From a virus: 36,588 bases of DNA. This document shows positions 23,043 through 31,211 of this stretch, piece after piece (position 1 is the stretch's first letter; each line of letters starts with the position of its first letter). Under the pieces are notes generated by a model. That model was not told the DNA's origin and did no database searches. It saw only the letters and a program-made list of their open reading frames with translations. The DNA lies in the IMG/VR virus record IMGVR_UViG_3300045988_107626, positions 1 through 36,588 of that record; one strand, given 5' to 3'. Position numbers and translations under genes: made by a program.

Positions 23043-24287
23043 CAACTATCGGCAGTCTCTTTACTGGCTACGGCGGTCTAGATATGGCGGTCCGCATGGC
23101 GCTTGATCCGGATGCGCGCGTCGCATGGACGAGCGACGTCGAACCCGGGCCGTGCAGGCTTGCTGAGATGCGCTGGCCGGGTGTCCCGAACCTCGGGGAC
23201 ATCACGCAGGTCGATTGGTCGCAAGTTGAGCCGGTCGACATTATCTGCGGCGGATCGCCCTGCCAGGATCTGAGCCTCGCTGGTCGCCGTGCGGGCATGG
23301 CCTCGGGGACGAGATCGGGCCTGTGGGAGTCGATGTTCACGGCAATTAAGACGCTGCGCCCGCGTCTGGTCGTATGGGAAAACGTGCGAGGGAGTTTGAC
23401 AAGTGGAGCCTACAGTCTGGTGGAATCAGAACAGGGACTGCTGGGAGACCGAGCAGATGGACCTGTTCTCCGAGCAACCGGTCGTGTGGTCGGAGATCTG
23501 GCCGGCATCGGGTATGACTCGCAATGGTGCGTTGTCCGTGCTTCCGACGTCGGTGCCCCTCATCAGCGAGAGCGACTTTTCCTTACTAGCCACTCCGCAG
23601 GCGAACCTTGGCAGCTGCGGGGGCTCGCAGACACCGGAGAAGCGGCGGGCCGGGGGACACTCGGTGAGTCTCGCGGATCAGATCGAGCACCTGGTGCCCT
23701 GATCCCGACGCCGACCGCGTCGGACCACAAGGCCGGGCGCCACCAGGCGGGGACGGGAATGAGCCTGTCCCAGGCGGTGCAGATGCTGCCGACGCCGGTC
23801 GCGCAGCCCTCGGGCAACTCTCCCGAGGAGCACCTGCGCAAAAAGCCAGGCCGCATACAGGTCACAGACCTAGCGATCCTCGTTGAGAACGGACTGCTGG
23901 CAACGGGAGGACTCCTACCGACTCCGCAGGCGACGAACGCGACGGCATCCTCGACCGGCTACGGATCGAACCTGCATGAGGTGGCAAGAGGGATGAAGCC
24001 CGGCATCTTCGGCGTCTATGGGCAAGCGATTGCCAGGTGGGAGCGGGTGCTCGGACGTGAGGCTCCAGCTCCGACTGTCCCGCCGACACGCGAGGGGGGG
24101 GCGAGCACGGCTCTCGACTCGCTTCGTCGAGTGGCTCATGGGGTTGGAGGACGGGCACGTGACCGGAGCAGACCTCGGGCTGACGCGAGAGCAGCAGCTC
24201 CGGCTCCTCGGAAATGGCGTCGTCCCGCAGCAGGGTGCCGCCGCTATCTATCAGCTCACCAGGATCGCCCTTAAGGAGGCAGCATGA
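23039..24287 (+). CDS. DNA (cytosine-5)-methyltransferase, reading frame broken (+1) at a G8 tract
   Basis: Motif I LFTGYGGLD, IV GGSPCQDLS, VI WENV and VIII APHQRERLF, followed by LxPTP repeats, all in the 23039 frame. Motif IX/X (RFVEWLMGL, LLGNGVVPQQ) is in the next frame after 24094-24101. Removing one G restores a single ORF. Confidence 0.85.
24094..24101 (+). repeat. G8 homopolymer at the methyltransferase frame break
   Basis: Counted directly: CGAGGGGGGGGCG. Confidence 0.95.
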
Positions 24288-24592
24288 GCAACCTCGACCC
24301 GTTGAAGGATCTCGTCGGGGTCAAGAACTTTCAGGAGCGCGCGATCGTCCGCGCGGTCCGTCTGACCCGTGAGAACGCCGATGAGATCGCCCTTCGCGCA
24401 CGGATGCGCGTGAACCTCACGCCCGAGGGGAAGGTGATGCTGTGCGGGCACAACTTCGTGATTTGGGCGTTGGAGGGCGACGTGATCTTCGCCCGGCCAG
24501 GAACCATGAGGCTCTCAGTCAGGACCGAGGAGGACTTCCTCGCCTGGTACACGCAGCCGGGCGAGCAGCTCACGGAGGAGGATCTGGGATGA
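24284..24592 (+). CDS. Hypothetical protein (102 aa)
   Basis: ATGA coupling; coding-like. Confidence 0.5.
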   Translation: MSNLDPLKDLVGVKNFQERAIVRAVRLTRENADEIALRARMRVNLTPEGKVMLCGHNFVIWALEGDVIFARPGTMRLSVRTEEDFLAWYTQPGEQLTEEDLG

Positions 24593-25014
24593 GTGCGCAG
24601 CTGGTGTGGGAGTCGAGAGTGCTGCCGTTGACGCGCAGCAAGCTCATCACCGCAAACGACAAATCGCACTGGGCCGCACGCGCGCGGCTCACGAAGCAGA
24701 TCCGCCAGTGGGGCTACCTGCTCGGTCGTGAAGGCGAGGGAGTCGCGCACCTCGGACTGACGCACGCTCGCGTCGAGATGGAATTCGCGTATCCGGATCG
24801 TCGCCGCCGTGACCGCAGCAACCTCGCGCCGACGGTGAAAGCCCTCATGGACGGCCTGATCGATGCCGGGCTGCTGCCCGATGACGCGGACCGCTTCCTC
24901 GACGGCCCGCACACGGTCATCGCGGAGCGCCTAGCGGGCAAGCACCTGAACATCCCGATGTATGAGGTCCGCATCCGCGTGTACGCGGACACAGATAAGA
25001 AAGAGAGCAAGTAA
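24589..25014 (+). CDS. rusA: RusA-like Holliday junction resolvase (141 aa)
   Basis: [26 protein letters not shown] fits the RusA D-x-x-N-x-x-K-x-x-x-D...DD pattern. ATGA coupling at 24589. Confidence 0.75.
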   Translation: MSAQLVWESRVLPLTRSKLITANDKSHWAARARLTKQIRQWGYLLGREGEGVAHLGLTHARVEMEFAYPDRRRRDRSNLAPTVKALMDGLIDAGLLPDDADRFLDGPHTVIAERLAGKHLNIPMYEVRIRVYADTDKKESK

Positions 25015-25511
25015 TGGCCGGAGAAACCGTCATCACTGTCATCGGTAACCTGACTGCTGACCCCGAACTGCGTTGGACGCAGTCTGGCGCCGCAGTCGCA
25101 GACTTCACCGTCGCGTCGACCCCGAGAACCTACGACCGTAACGCCGGCGAATGGCGCGACGGCGACACCCTCTTCATACGCTGCTCCGTGTGGCGCGAAG
25201 CCGCTGAGAACGTCGCCGAGTCGCTGCGCAAGGGTATGCGCGTCATCGTTCAGGGTCGCCTCACCCAGCGCTCGTATGACACCCAGCAGGGCGAGCGCCG
25301 CACGGTAGTTGAGCTGCAGGTCGACGAGGTCGGCCCCTCCCTGCGCCGCGCACGCGCACAGGTCACCCGCGTTCAGGCACAGGCCGCGAGCGCACCGTCC
25401 GCGAGCGCGTCGGCCTCTGGCGGTGCGGCTGGGTGGGGGCAGGAGACTCCGCAGCATGACCCGTGGGGTGAGCCTGGCGGGTCGGCGTTCGGGTCTGAGC
25501 CGCCGTTCTGA
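25014..25511 (+). CDS. ssb: Single-stranded DNA-binding protein (165 aa)
   Basis: OB-fold consensus [27 protein letters not shown]...[30 protein letters not shown]. Gly/Ser-rich tail ending in the acidic-aromatic tip SEPPF. Confidence 0.95.
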   Translation: MAGETVITVIGNLTADPELRWTQSGAAVADFTVASTPRTYDRNAGEWRDGDTLFIRCSVWREAAENVAESLRKGMRVIVQGRLTQRSYDTQQGERRTVVELQVDEVGPSLRRARAQVTRVQAQAASAPSASASASGGAAGWGQETPQHDPWGEPGGSAFGSEPPF

Positions 25512-25726
25512 TGGAGCGCTATTGCCCGGACTGCGGCGAGGTTCTCGCTGCAGGGCACGCGCGCTGTAGGCTGTGCTTCCGCAGGTTTGAGGCTGAGTAT
25601 CAGAGGAAAACCGAGCGCGACTGGATGCGGCGCAACTTCCCGGAGTTCCGACCCCGGGACTTGTTCCCGGAGGACGGCTGGGAGCAGACGGAGATCAAGA
25701 CAACAAGTATGAAGGAGGGCGAGTAA
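25511..25726 (+). CDS. Small zinc-ribbon protein (71 aa)
   Basis: CPDCG...CRLC; TGATG coupling. Confidence 0.5.
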   Translation: MERYCPDCGEVLAAGHARCRLCFRRFEAEYQRKTERDWMRRNFPEFRPRDLFPEDGWEQTEIKTTSMKEGE

Positions 25727-26772
25727 TGGCCTGGGTACGAGTCGGCGACGAAGCGCTGAGCCACCCAAAGCTCATGAGCTTGTACGACATCGAGGGCGCG
25801 GAGGACATCTCGATCATCGAGATGTTCGGCTTCCTCATGGCGTTAGCGACCTACTCGGCCAAACACCTAACAGACGGAATCATCGAGAGGGGCGCGGCCT
25901 TCCGCGACGGCGAGCGCTCGCGGGTTGTGCGCCTCATCGATGCGGCGGTGGCCGCAGAACTGCTCACGTGGGTTGAGGTGGACGGCGCGAAAAAACTGCG
26001 CCTGTTCACGGACGAGGAGTTTATTCACGTCCAGCCCCGCGAAGAGGTTATGCGGCGCCGCGCCAGGTCGCGGGAGAACCGCGACAAGGACAAGAAAGCT
26101 GCTGTGATCTTCCGCGACGGCGACCAGTGCCGTTACTGCGGCAAGCTCGTGCGCTGGACCGGCCCGATCGGCAACAACTTCGGCACGCTCGATCACGTCG
26201 ATCCGGACTCTCTGGGGGACGCCCCAGTCGAGGGTCTCGTGGTCGCATGCCACGAGTGCAATTCCTCGCGCGGTCACGCGCGCGAAGCGTTCGACGCGGC
26301 CTCGCCGCTGCGTCCTGTCCCGTCCGTCCCCTATTACGGAGTGTGGTCGGCTGAGTTCCTGACCAGGTGCGGATATGAAGCCGTGCCGTCCGTGGATCCG
26401 GGTACACCCGTTGACCCCGCCTCAGAGACGCCCGCGAGGGGCGTTCTCCCGGGCCGAGGGTCCGGGGCACCCGTTGACCCCGGGCGCGGCTCCAGCGGCC
26501 CCACAGAGGCCGCTGTGCGTGACCCCGGTGCATCCGAGAGATGCACGTCCGAGGGTCCGCGTATTCGACCTAGTTCGGACTCAAGTCCGAACCATAGTCC
26601 GACGTCGAAGGGTATCAAGCCGAATACTCTCGGGTCGGGTAGGGACGGGACGGGACGGGCAGGCCAGGGAAGGGCAGGCACGGGCCAGGCCGGGAAGGGC
26701 CAGGCCGGGCACCCGCGCACACCTCAGCAGCAACAATCAAGTAAGCGGAACCGTAGAAGGAGAAGAAGGTGA
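25726..26772 (+). CDS. HNH-nuclease-domain protein with N-terminal replisome-organiser-like region and disordered G/R/P-rich tail (348 aa)
   Basis: CRYCG...LDHVDP...VVACHECNSSRG is an HNH motif. The C-terminal 120 aa are low complexity (GRAGQGRAGTGQAGKGQAG). Confidence 0.6.
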   Translation: MAWVRVGDEALSHPKLMSLYDIEGAEDISIIEMFGFLMALATYSAKHLTDGIIERGAAFRDGERSRVVRLIDAAVAAELLTWVEVDGAKKLRLFTDEEFIHVQPREEVMRRRARSRENRDKDKKAAVIFRDGDQCRYCGKLVRWTGPIGNNFGTLDHVDPDSLGDAPVEGLVVACHECNSSRGHAREAFDAASPLRPVPSVPYYGVWSAEFLTRCGYEAVPSVDPGTPVDPASETPARGVLPGRGSGAPVDPGRGSSGPTEAAVRDPGASERCTSEGPRIRPSSDSSPNHSPTSKGIKPNTLGSGRDGTGRAGQGRAGTGQAGKGQAGHPRTPQQQQSSKRNRRRRRR

Positions 26773-27014
26773 ACCACGAGAAGGAAGAGCTGAGGGGCAA
26801 AGTAGAAGATGCACTCTCAGCACTGGTACAGGCAGGGCACGGAGACCAAGCAGTGACCGGGGCGTGGGTGGTCTGCGCTGAGGTCATGGTCCCCGGCAAA
26901 GAAGAGGTGACTGTCTTTATGCACGATGGAGGCGGGTCGATGCTCGCGCGGCGCGGACTGATCGAGTGTACTCGCGATCAGCTCGCCTCATGGGTGGAGG
27001 GCTACGATGACTAA
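26769..27014 (+). CDS. Hypothetical protein (81 aa, GTG start)
   Basis: GTGA coupling; coding-like. Confidence 0.45.
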   Translation: MNHEKEELRGKVEDALSALVQAGHGDQAVTGAWVVCAEVMVPGKEEVTVFMHDGGGSMLARRGLIECTRDQLASWVEGYDD

Positions 27015-27789
27015 CCTTGACGACCGCCGGGTTTGTCCGGTGACTGGTGAGCCTCTCCTCGACGGAGAGTTCCTCTCTCGCGGCGGCGCTGCCCGCGTCC
27101 GCGTGGCGACCGCATCGATGCCAGGACTCATGAGCGACCTCGCCTATGCCGCATCGCACGGCGTGCGCACGGGTGAGCAAGTCGGCGGCGCGGGTGTCCC
27201 ATCGTCGAGAGCCCCGCTCAACCTGGCGCTCATGATCGAGGTCGACGAGATGTGCGATGCGATCCTGACATGGGCGACGCTGCTCCTCTCGCACGTGATG
27301 GGGCCGTCCTACTGGGTGCGGCCCGGCGATTGGTGGATGGTCTCGCGAGTGTTCGACCTGCACGAGGATAAGCTCCGCAGATGGTCGGAAGCCGAGCAAT
27401 GCGCAGACGAGGTGCTCTACTCTGTCTCGCGATTGGAACGCCTCGCCTCCCCCGGCAGACAGCGTCTCGTATACGTCGGATCGTGCAGCCAGTGTGATGC
27501 TGATCTTCTCGTCCGCGATCCGGATGAGGAGACGACGACCTGCCGGGAGTGCGGAGCGGACGAGCAGATCGGCGAAGCCTGGGAGCGACTCCTCTCGAAA
27601 GCTCGTGAGTCTCTGCTGCCTCGCTCGCGGGCGACCCGCGTCGCGGAGATCCTGGCCGGCACACAGATCAAGGATCCGACTGTCCGGAAGTGGACGCAGC
27701 GGGGGCAGCTCGCGCCCCGGGCGAGGAGGGGCGGGGATCGGCTCTACAGGGTCGGGGATATTGAGAGGCTGGCGACACGCAGAATGTAG
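27007..27789 (+). CDS. Putative DNA-binding regulator with CxxC...CxxC zinc ribbon and C-terminal MerR/Xis-type HTH (260 aa)
   Basis: GSCSQCDADLL...TTCRECGADEQ. C-terminal ATRVAEILAGTQIKDPTVRKWTQRGQL...YRVGDIERL. Last gene before the late promoter-like region. Confidence 0.5.
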   Translation: MTNLDDRRVCPVTGEPLLDGEFLSRGGAARVRVATASMPGLMSDLAYAASHGVRTGEQVGGAGVPSSRAPLNLALMIEVDEMCDAILTWATLLLSHVMGPSYWVRPGDWWMVSRVFDLHEDKLRRWSEAEQCADEVLYSVSRLERLASPGRQRLVYVGSCSQCDADLLVRDPDEETTTCRECGADEQIGEAWERLLSKARESLLPRSRATRVAEILAGTQIKDPTVRKWTQRGQLAPRARRGGDRLYRVGDIERLATRRM

Positions 27790-27800
27790 GCGCGTGTCGC

Positions 27801-27829
27801 TTGCGATAGGGCTTGTCACGGCGTATTCT
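27801..27829 (+). promoter_or_regulatory. Candidate late promoter
   Basis: -35 TTGCGA (27801-27806), 17-nt spacer, -10 TATTCT (27824-27829), in a 167-nt non-coding gap. Confidence 0.4.
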
Positions 27830-27890
27830 CCTAGTGTGGCCCTGAGCGTAAGCGAGGGGCTTCTGCTTTAACGGCAATCCGCGCACTTGT

Positions 27891-27933
27891 ACTGACCCCC
27901 GCTCCCATCGGCCCCGGTGGAGCGGGGGTCAGT
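27891..27933 (+). terminator. Strong hairpin in the late-operon leader (terminator or antitermination target)
   Basis: Perfect 15-bp stem ACTGACCCCCGCTCC / GGAGCGGGGGTCAGT with a 13-nt loop. No U-tract. Confidence 0.5.
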
Positions 27934-27956
27934 GCATACGGACTGAGGGGGCGGGC

Positions 27957-28262
27957 ATGGCATGGGAGACATCGGACCGCGCCGCCCGTCTGCCTGATGA
28001 CTGGGAAGAGCGCCGCGCCTTCGTGCGTGACCGCGCAGCCGGCAGGTGCGAAGCGATGCTGCACGACGGCACGCGATGCCCCGCTGCAGGTACAGACTGC
28101 GATCACATCGAGCCAGGTGACGATCACCGCGCGGTGAACCTCCAGTGGCTTTGCCGTTGGCATCACAAACGTAAGACGCAGCAGGAAGCTGCGGCGGCGC
28201 TCGCTGCTGAGCGGAAGAAAAACCAGCCGCGCAAGCGCAAGCACCCCGGCCTCATCGACTGA
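27957..28262 (+). CDS. HNH endonuclease, terminase-associated type (101 aa)
   Basis: CDHIEPGDDHRAVNLQWLCRWHHKRKT is an HNH motif. Lies near terS/terL, as in HK97-like cos phages. Confidence 0.85.
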   Translation: MAWETSDRAARLPDDWEERRAFVRDRAAGRCEAMLHDGTRCPAAGTDCDHIEPGDDHRAVNLQWLCRWHHKRKTQQEAAAALAAERKKNQPRKRKHPGLID

Positions 28263-28269
28263 CCCACCT

Positions 28270-28288
28270 GGGGGAGACCCCCTCCCCC
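28270..28288. terminator. Weak hairpin between convergent HNH and PrimPol genes
   Basis: GGGGGAG-ACCCC-CTCCCCC, a 7-bp stem with no T-tract. Confidence 0.3.
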
Positions 28289-28358
28289 ACCCAACGCAAC
28301 ACCGTCAAGAGCTGTCGATCTAAGTTTGTACGGGTCTGGGGATTTTGCGAGGGGCACT

Positions 28359-28375
28359 TTTCGTTGATGTGCCGC
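28359..28375 (+). repeat. Direct repeat flanking the PrimPol cassette, left copy
   Basis: TTTCGTTGATGTGCCGC compared with TTTCGTTGATATTCCGC at 28987-29003: 15 of 17 match, with a 10-nt exact core. Confidence 0.7.
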
Positions 28376-28414
28376 GCGAAACAGCGCATCGGAGGGTGGG
28401 TGCTCTGAGGATGG

Positions 28415-28966
28415 TCAGAGGGGCAGGAGTGCCCCGTGCTGGTACACATTGCCGGTAATGGTGATGTATCGGCCTGTCGAGTAAAACTCGATCCGCTGGC
28501 CCTTCCACTCGCGCTTGAAGCCGCGGCGTGGAGCTGCGGTGCCCCAGATGTGCAAGCCGCGCCCTGACGGGGAGATCTCGACGTAGGAGCCCTCGTAGTA
28601 CGCGAGGAGCGTGCGAGTAGCCTCGTTCGGGATGCCGTTCTCGTCGAGGCAGGCGTCCAGGTCGATACAGCCGACGCCGTCGCCGAGGACGAAGCCGAGG
28701 GGCGCGCCGGTCGCGCTCGCGGCCTCATACGTGCTCCAGGTCGTCGGGTCGGTGACGGATGCCCACGCGCCCGTGCGAGCGCACAGGGGGCGCTTGTTGA
28801 TGTGGTTGACCCAGCGGGCGCGGGTGGTCAGCTCGACGGGGAGGCCGGCGGCTTCGTCGGCTCGGGTCGAGCGGTGATGTGCGACTCGGCAGCGTGTCGA
28901 GCAAAAGCGCGCGTCGGCTCGCGCCCAGGCTTTGAGCTGGTGGCCGCATTGTTCGCACGTTTTCAT
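28415..28966 (-). CDS. Zinc-ribbon plus archaeo-eukaryotic primase (PrimPol)-like protein (183 aa)
   Basis: N-terminal CEQCG...CSTRCR. AEP motif I GCIDLDAC, motif II SPSGRGLHIW, motif III region YSTGRYITITG. It is the only minus-strand gene in the late region. Confidence 0.7.
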   Translation of the reverse strand: MKTCEQCGHQLKAWARADARFCSTRCRVAHHRSTRADEAAGLPVELTTRARWVNHINKRPLCARTGAWASVTDPTTWSTYEAASATGAPLGFVLGDGVGCIDLDACLDENGIPNEATRTLLAYYEGSYVEISPSGRGLHIWGTAAPRRGFKREWKGQRIEFYSTGRYITITGNVYQHGALLPL

Positions 28967-28979
28967 GTCTCTTATTGTA
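28967..28979 (-). promoter_or_regulatory. -10 box TACAAT placed for a leaderless PrimPol transcript
   Basis: On the minus strand TACAAT (28974-28979) lies 7 nt upstream of the ATG at 28966. There is no SD sequence. Confidence 0.45.
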
Positions 28980-28986
28980 ACGCTTA

Positions 28987-29003
28987 TTTCGTTGATATTC
29001 CGC
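28987..29003 (+). repeat. Direct repeat flanking the PrimPol cassette, right copy
   Basis: See the left copy; the copies are 628 nt apart. Confidence 0.7.
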
Positions 29004-29010
29004 AGATAGG

Positions 29011-29511
29011 TTGGGGGTGGTCTGTGTGGCTGGTCGCGGTCCTGCGCCGAAGCCGGAAGGCTCTCGCGCTCGCCGGAATAAGGATCCGCAGGTGCTCCGG
29101 ATCATCACTGCGCAGCCGGTCGAGCAGCCGGCGCTTCCGACTATCGAGCAGGTCGTCGTCGATGAGTTCGGCGTGCCGAAGAAGAAGCGCTTCAATTGGC
29201 CGACGATCACGAAACGTTGGTGGAAGATGTGGGGCGAGTCTCCTCTCGCCGCTGAGTACACCGAGACCGACTGGGCGTTCCTCATGGACACGGCGTATCT
29301 GCATGCTCAGTATTGGAAGGGTGACACCAAGGTCGCGGCGGAGCTTCGTCTGCGCGTCGCAAAGTTCGGTGCAACGCCAGAGGACCGCGCGCGACTGCGG
29401 ATCCAGTTCGCCGTCGCTGACGGCCTGGAAGATGACGGCCCATCCGCTGAGGCATCGCCGGTCTCATCGAGGTCGAGGAGGCGAAAGACAGTCCTCAAGG
29501 CGGTGCAGTAA
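29011..29511 (+). CDS. terS: Terminase small subunit, P27-like (start uncertain: TTG 29011, GTG 29017 or 29026)
   Basis: N-terminal AGRGPAPKPEGSRARRN is typical of P27-family small terminases. TAATG coupling to terL. Confidence 0.7.
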   Translation: MGVVCVAGRGPAPKPEGSRARRNKDPQVLRIITAQPVEQPALPTIEQVVVDEFGVPKKKRFNWPTITKRWWKMWGESPLAAEYTETDWAFLMDTAYLHAQYWKGDTKVAAELRLRVAKFGATPEDRARLRIQFAVADGLEDDGPSAEASPVSSRSRRRKTVLKAVQ

Positions 29512-31181
29512 TGCCCTGGCAGCCAATCGACGAAGAGGACGAGTTTCCCACACTCGGCTATGACGTCGCCGACTGGATGACTGCTTTCCTGCTGACGCCG
29601 GACAAGGACGAGATGATCCCGTTCGCGCCGACGCAGGAGCAGCTCGACTTCCTGGTTCATGTGTACGAGCTGGACCCGCAGACAGGGCGCCGACTCAAGC
29701 AGCGCGCCGTCCTCTCGCGCCCTCGTGGCTGGGGCAAGTCCCCGTTCCTCGCAGCGATCTGCTGCGCCGAAGCGATGGGGCCTGTCCTGTGCGACGGGTG
29801 GGATGCGGAAGGCCAGCCGGTCGGTGTGCCGTGGTCGACGCGGAGAACGCCGCTCGTGCAGGTAACGGCGACGACAGACGATCAGACGGCGAACACATGG
29901 GATCCGCTCCTGGAGATGCTTCGCGGCTCACCCGCTGAGGACGAGTACGGCATCGACCCGATGGATAGTTTCGTCGCTCTGCGGCGTGGCCGTATCGAGA
30001 AGCGCACGTCCTCGGCGACCTCCGTCAAGGGCGCCAAAGCCGTAATGGCCGTGATGGACCAGACGGAGACTTGGCTACCCGGAAACGGCGGGCCGAAGCT
30101 CGCCAAGACGCTACGGTCCAACGCCGACAAGCTCGGCGGGTTGACGATTGAGACGCCGAACGCTTTCACGATCGGCGAGCGGTCAGTCGCAGAGAATACG
30201 GCCAGGTTCTATGAGCTGGTGAAGGCCGGGAAGGTCAAGAAGGAAGCCTCACGAGGTCTCTACTACGACCACCGGCAGGCGCCACTCGACACGGACATCA
30301 CGGACCGCGAATCTCTCATCGAGGGTCTGCGGATCGCCTACGGCGACTCGGCTCGGGATCCGCGCGGCTGCGCGATCCATGATCCAGAGTGCGAGCCCGG
30401 CTGGGTGGACCTAGAGCGAATCGCGGACAGCTTCTGGCACCCGGATAACGATCCGGCGGACATGTGCGCGGACTTCCTCAACCAGATCAACTCCGCGTCT
30501 GATGCCTGGCTCACGATGCCGGAACTTCGAGCGATCGAGGACCACGGCAAGACGATCTCGTCGACAGAGCCGATCACGCTCGGATTCGACGGGTCGGAAG
30601 GGCGGAAGATCGGCATCGCCGACGCGACCGTCCTCATCGGCTACTCGATCACCCAGAAGCACCTGTTCAAGGTGGGGATCTGGACGCAGCCGGACGGACC
30701 GGCAGGCGAGGGGTGGCAGCCTCCACGCCTGGAGATCGAGCAGACCGTGCGCGACGCTTTCGAGCGATACAACATTGTCGGCTTCTACGCCGACCCCTCA
30801 GCGGGCTGGGCACAGGACGTTAAGACCTGGGAGGCGAAGTATTCGCGCCGCCTCCGCGCGAAGATCAGCGCTGCGGAGCCGATCCGCTACCCGCAGCGCA
30901 ACGTCTCTCAGACGTGCGAGAACTTCGCGCAACTGCTCTCAGCGATCCACCAAGGCCTCATCACCTACGACGGCGACCCGACAATGACCGCGCACTTCCT
31001 CAACGCGAGGAAGTCACCGCGCCAGGCCGGATACGTGCTTGTCAAACCAGCAGACGATCAGGACTACTCCAAGATCGACGCGACCTGGGGCGCGATGTTC
31101 GCGTATAAGGCTGGCCTCGACGCGGTCGGTAAGGGCGCGGCCAGGCCGACGGCACGCCGCGCTCCGCGACGACTCTACTAA
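29511..31181 (+). CDS. terL: Terminase large subunit (556 aa)
   Basis: Walker-A-like SRPRGWGKSPF. Size and position between terS and the portal. Confidence 0.85.
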   Translation: MPWQPIDEEDEFPTLGYDVADWMTAFLLTPDKDEMIPFAPTQEQLDFLVHVYELDPQTGRRLKQRAVLSRPRGWGKSPFLAAICCAEAMGPVLCDGWDAEGQPVGVPWSTRRTPLVQVTATTDDQTANTWDPLLEMLRGSPAEDEYGIDPMDSFVALRRGRIEKRTSSATSVKGAKAVMAVMDQTETWLPGNGGPKLAKTLRSNADKLGGLTIETPNAFTIGERSVAENTARFYELVKAGKVKKEASRGLYYDHRQAPLDTDITDRESLIEGLRIAYGDSARDPRGCAIHDPECEPGWVDLERIADSFWHPDNDPADMCADFLNQINSASDAWLTMPELRAIEDHGKTISSTEPITLGFDGSEGRKIGIADATVLIGYSITQKHLFKVGIWTQPDGPAGEGWQPPRLEIEQTVRDAFERYNIVGFYADPSAGWAQDVKTWEAKYSRRLRAKISAAEPIRYPQRNVSQTCENFAQLLSAIHQGLITYDGDPTMTAHFLNARKSPRQAGYVLVKPADDQDYSKIDATWGAMFAYKAGLDAVGKGAARPTARRAPRRLY

Positions 31182-31211
31182 CAAACGCACTGGGGAAGGA
31201 GGCCCCACCTC

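Noticed and set aside
23399-23700. Using the GC3 contrast (main frame about 50 percent, +1 frame about 81 percent) as proof that the +1 ORF is the true coding frame of the methyltransferase segment.
   Set aside because: The low main-frame GC3 also covers the unmistakable motif VII-VIII segment. The high +1-frame value is expected when first codon positions are G/C-rich (a Gly/Ala/Asp/Arg/Leu-rich protein). The statistic therefore marks a mosaic segment, not the frame.
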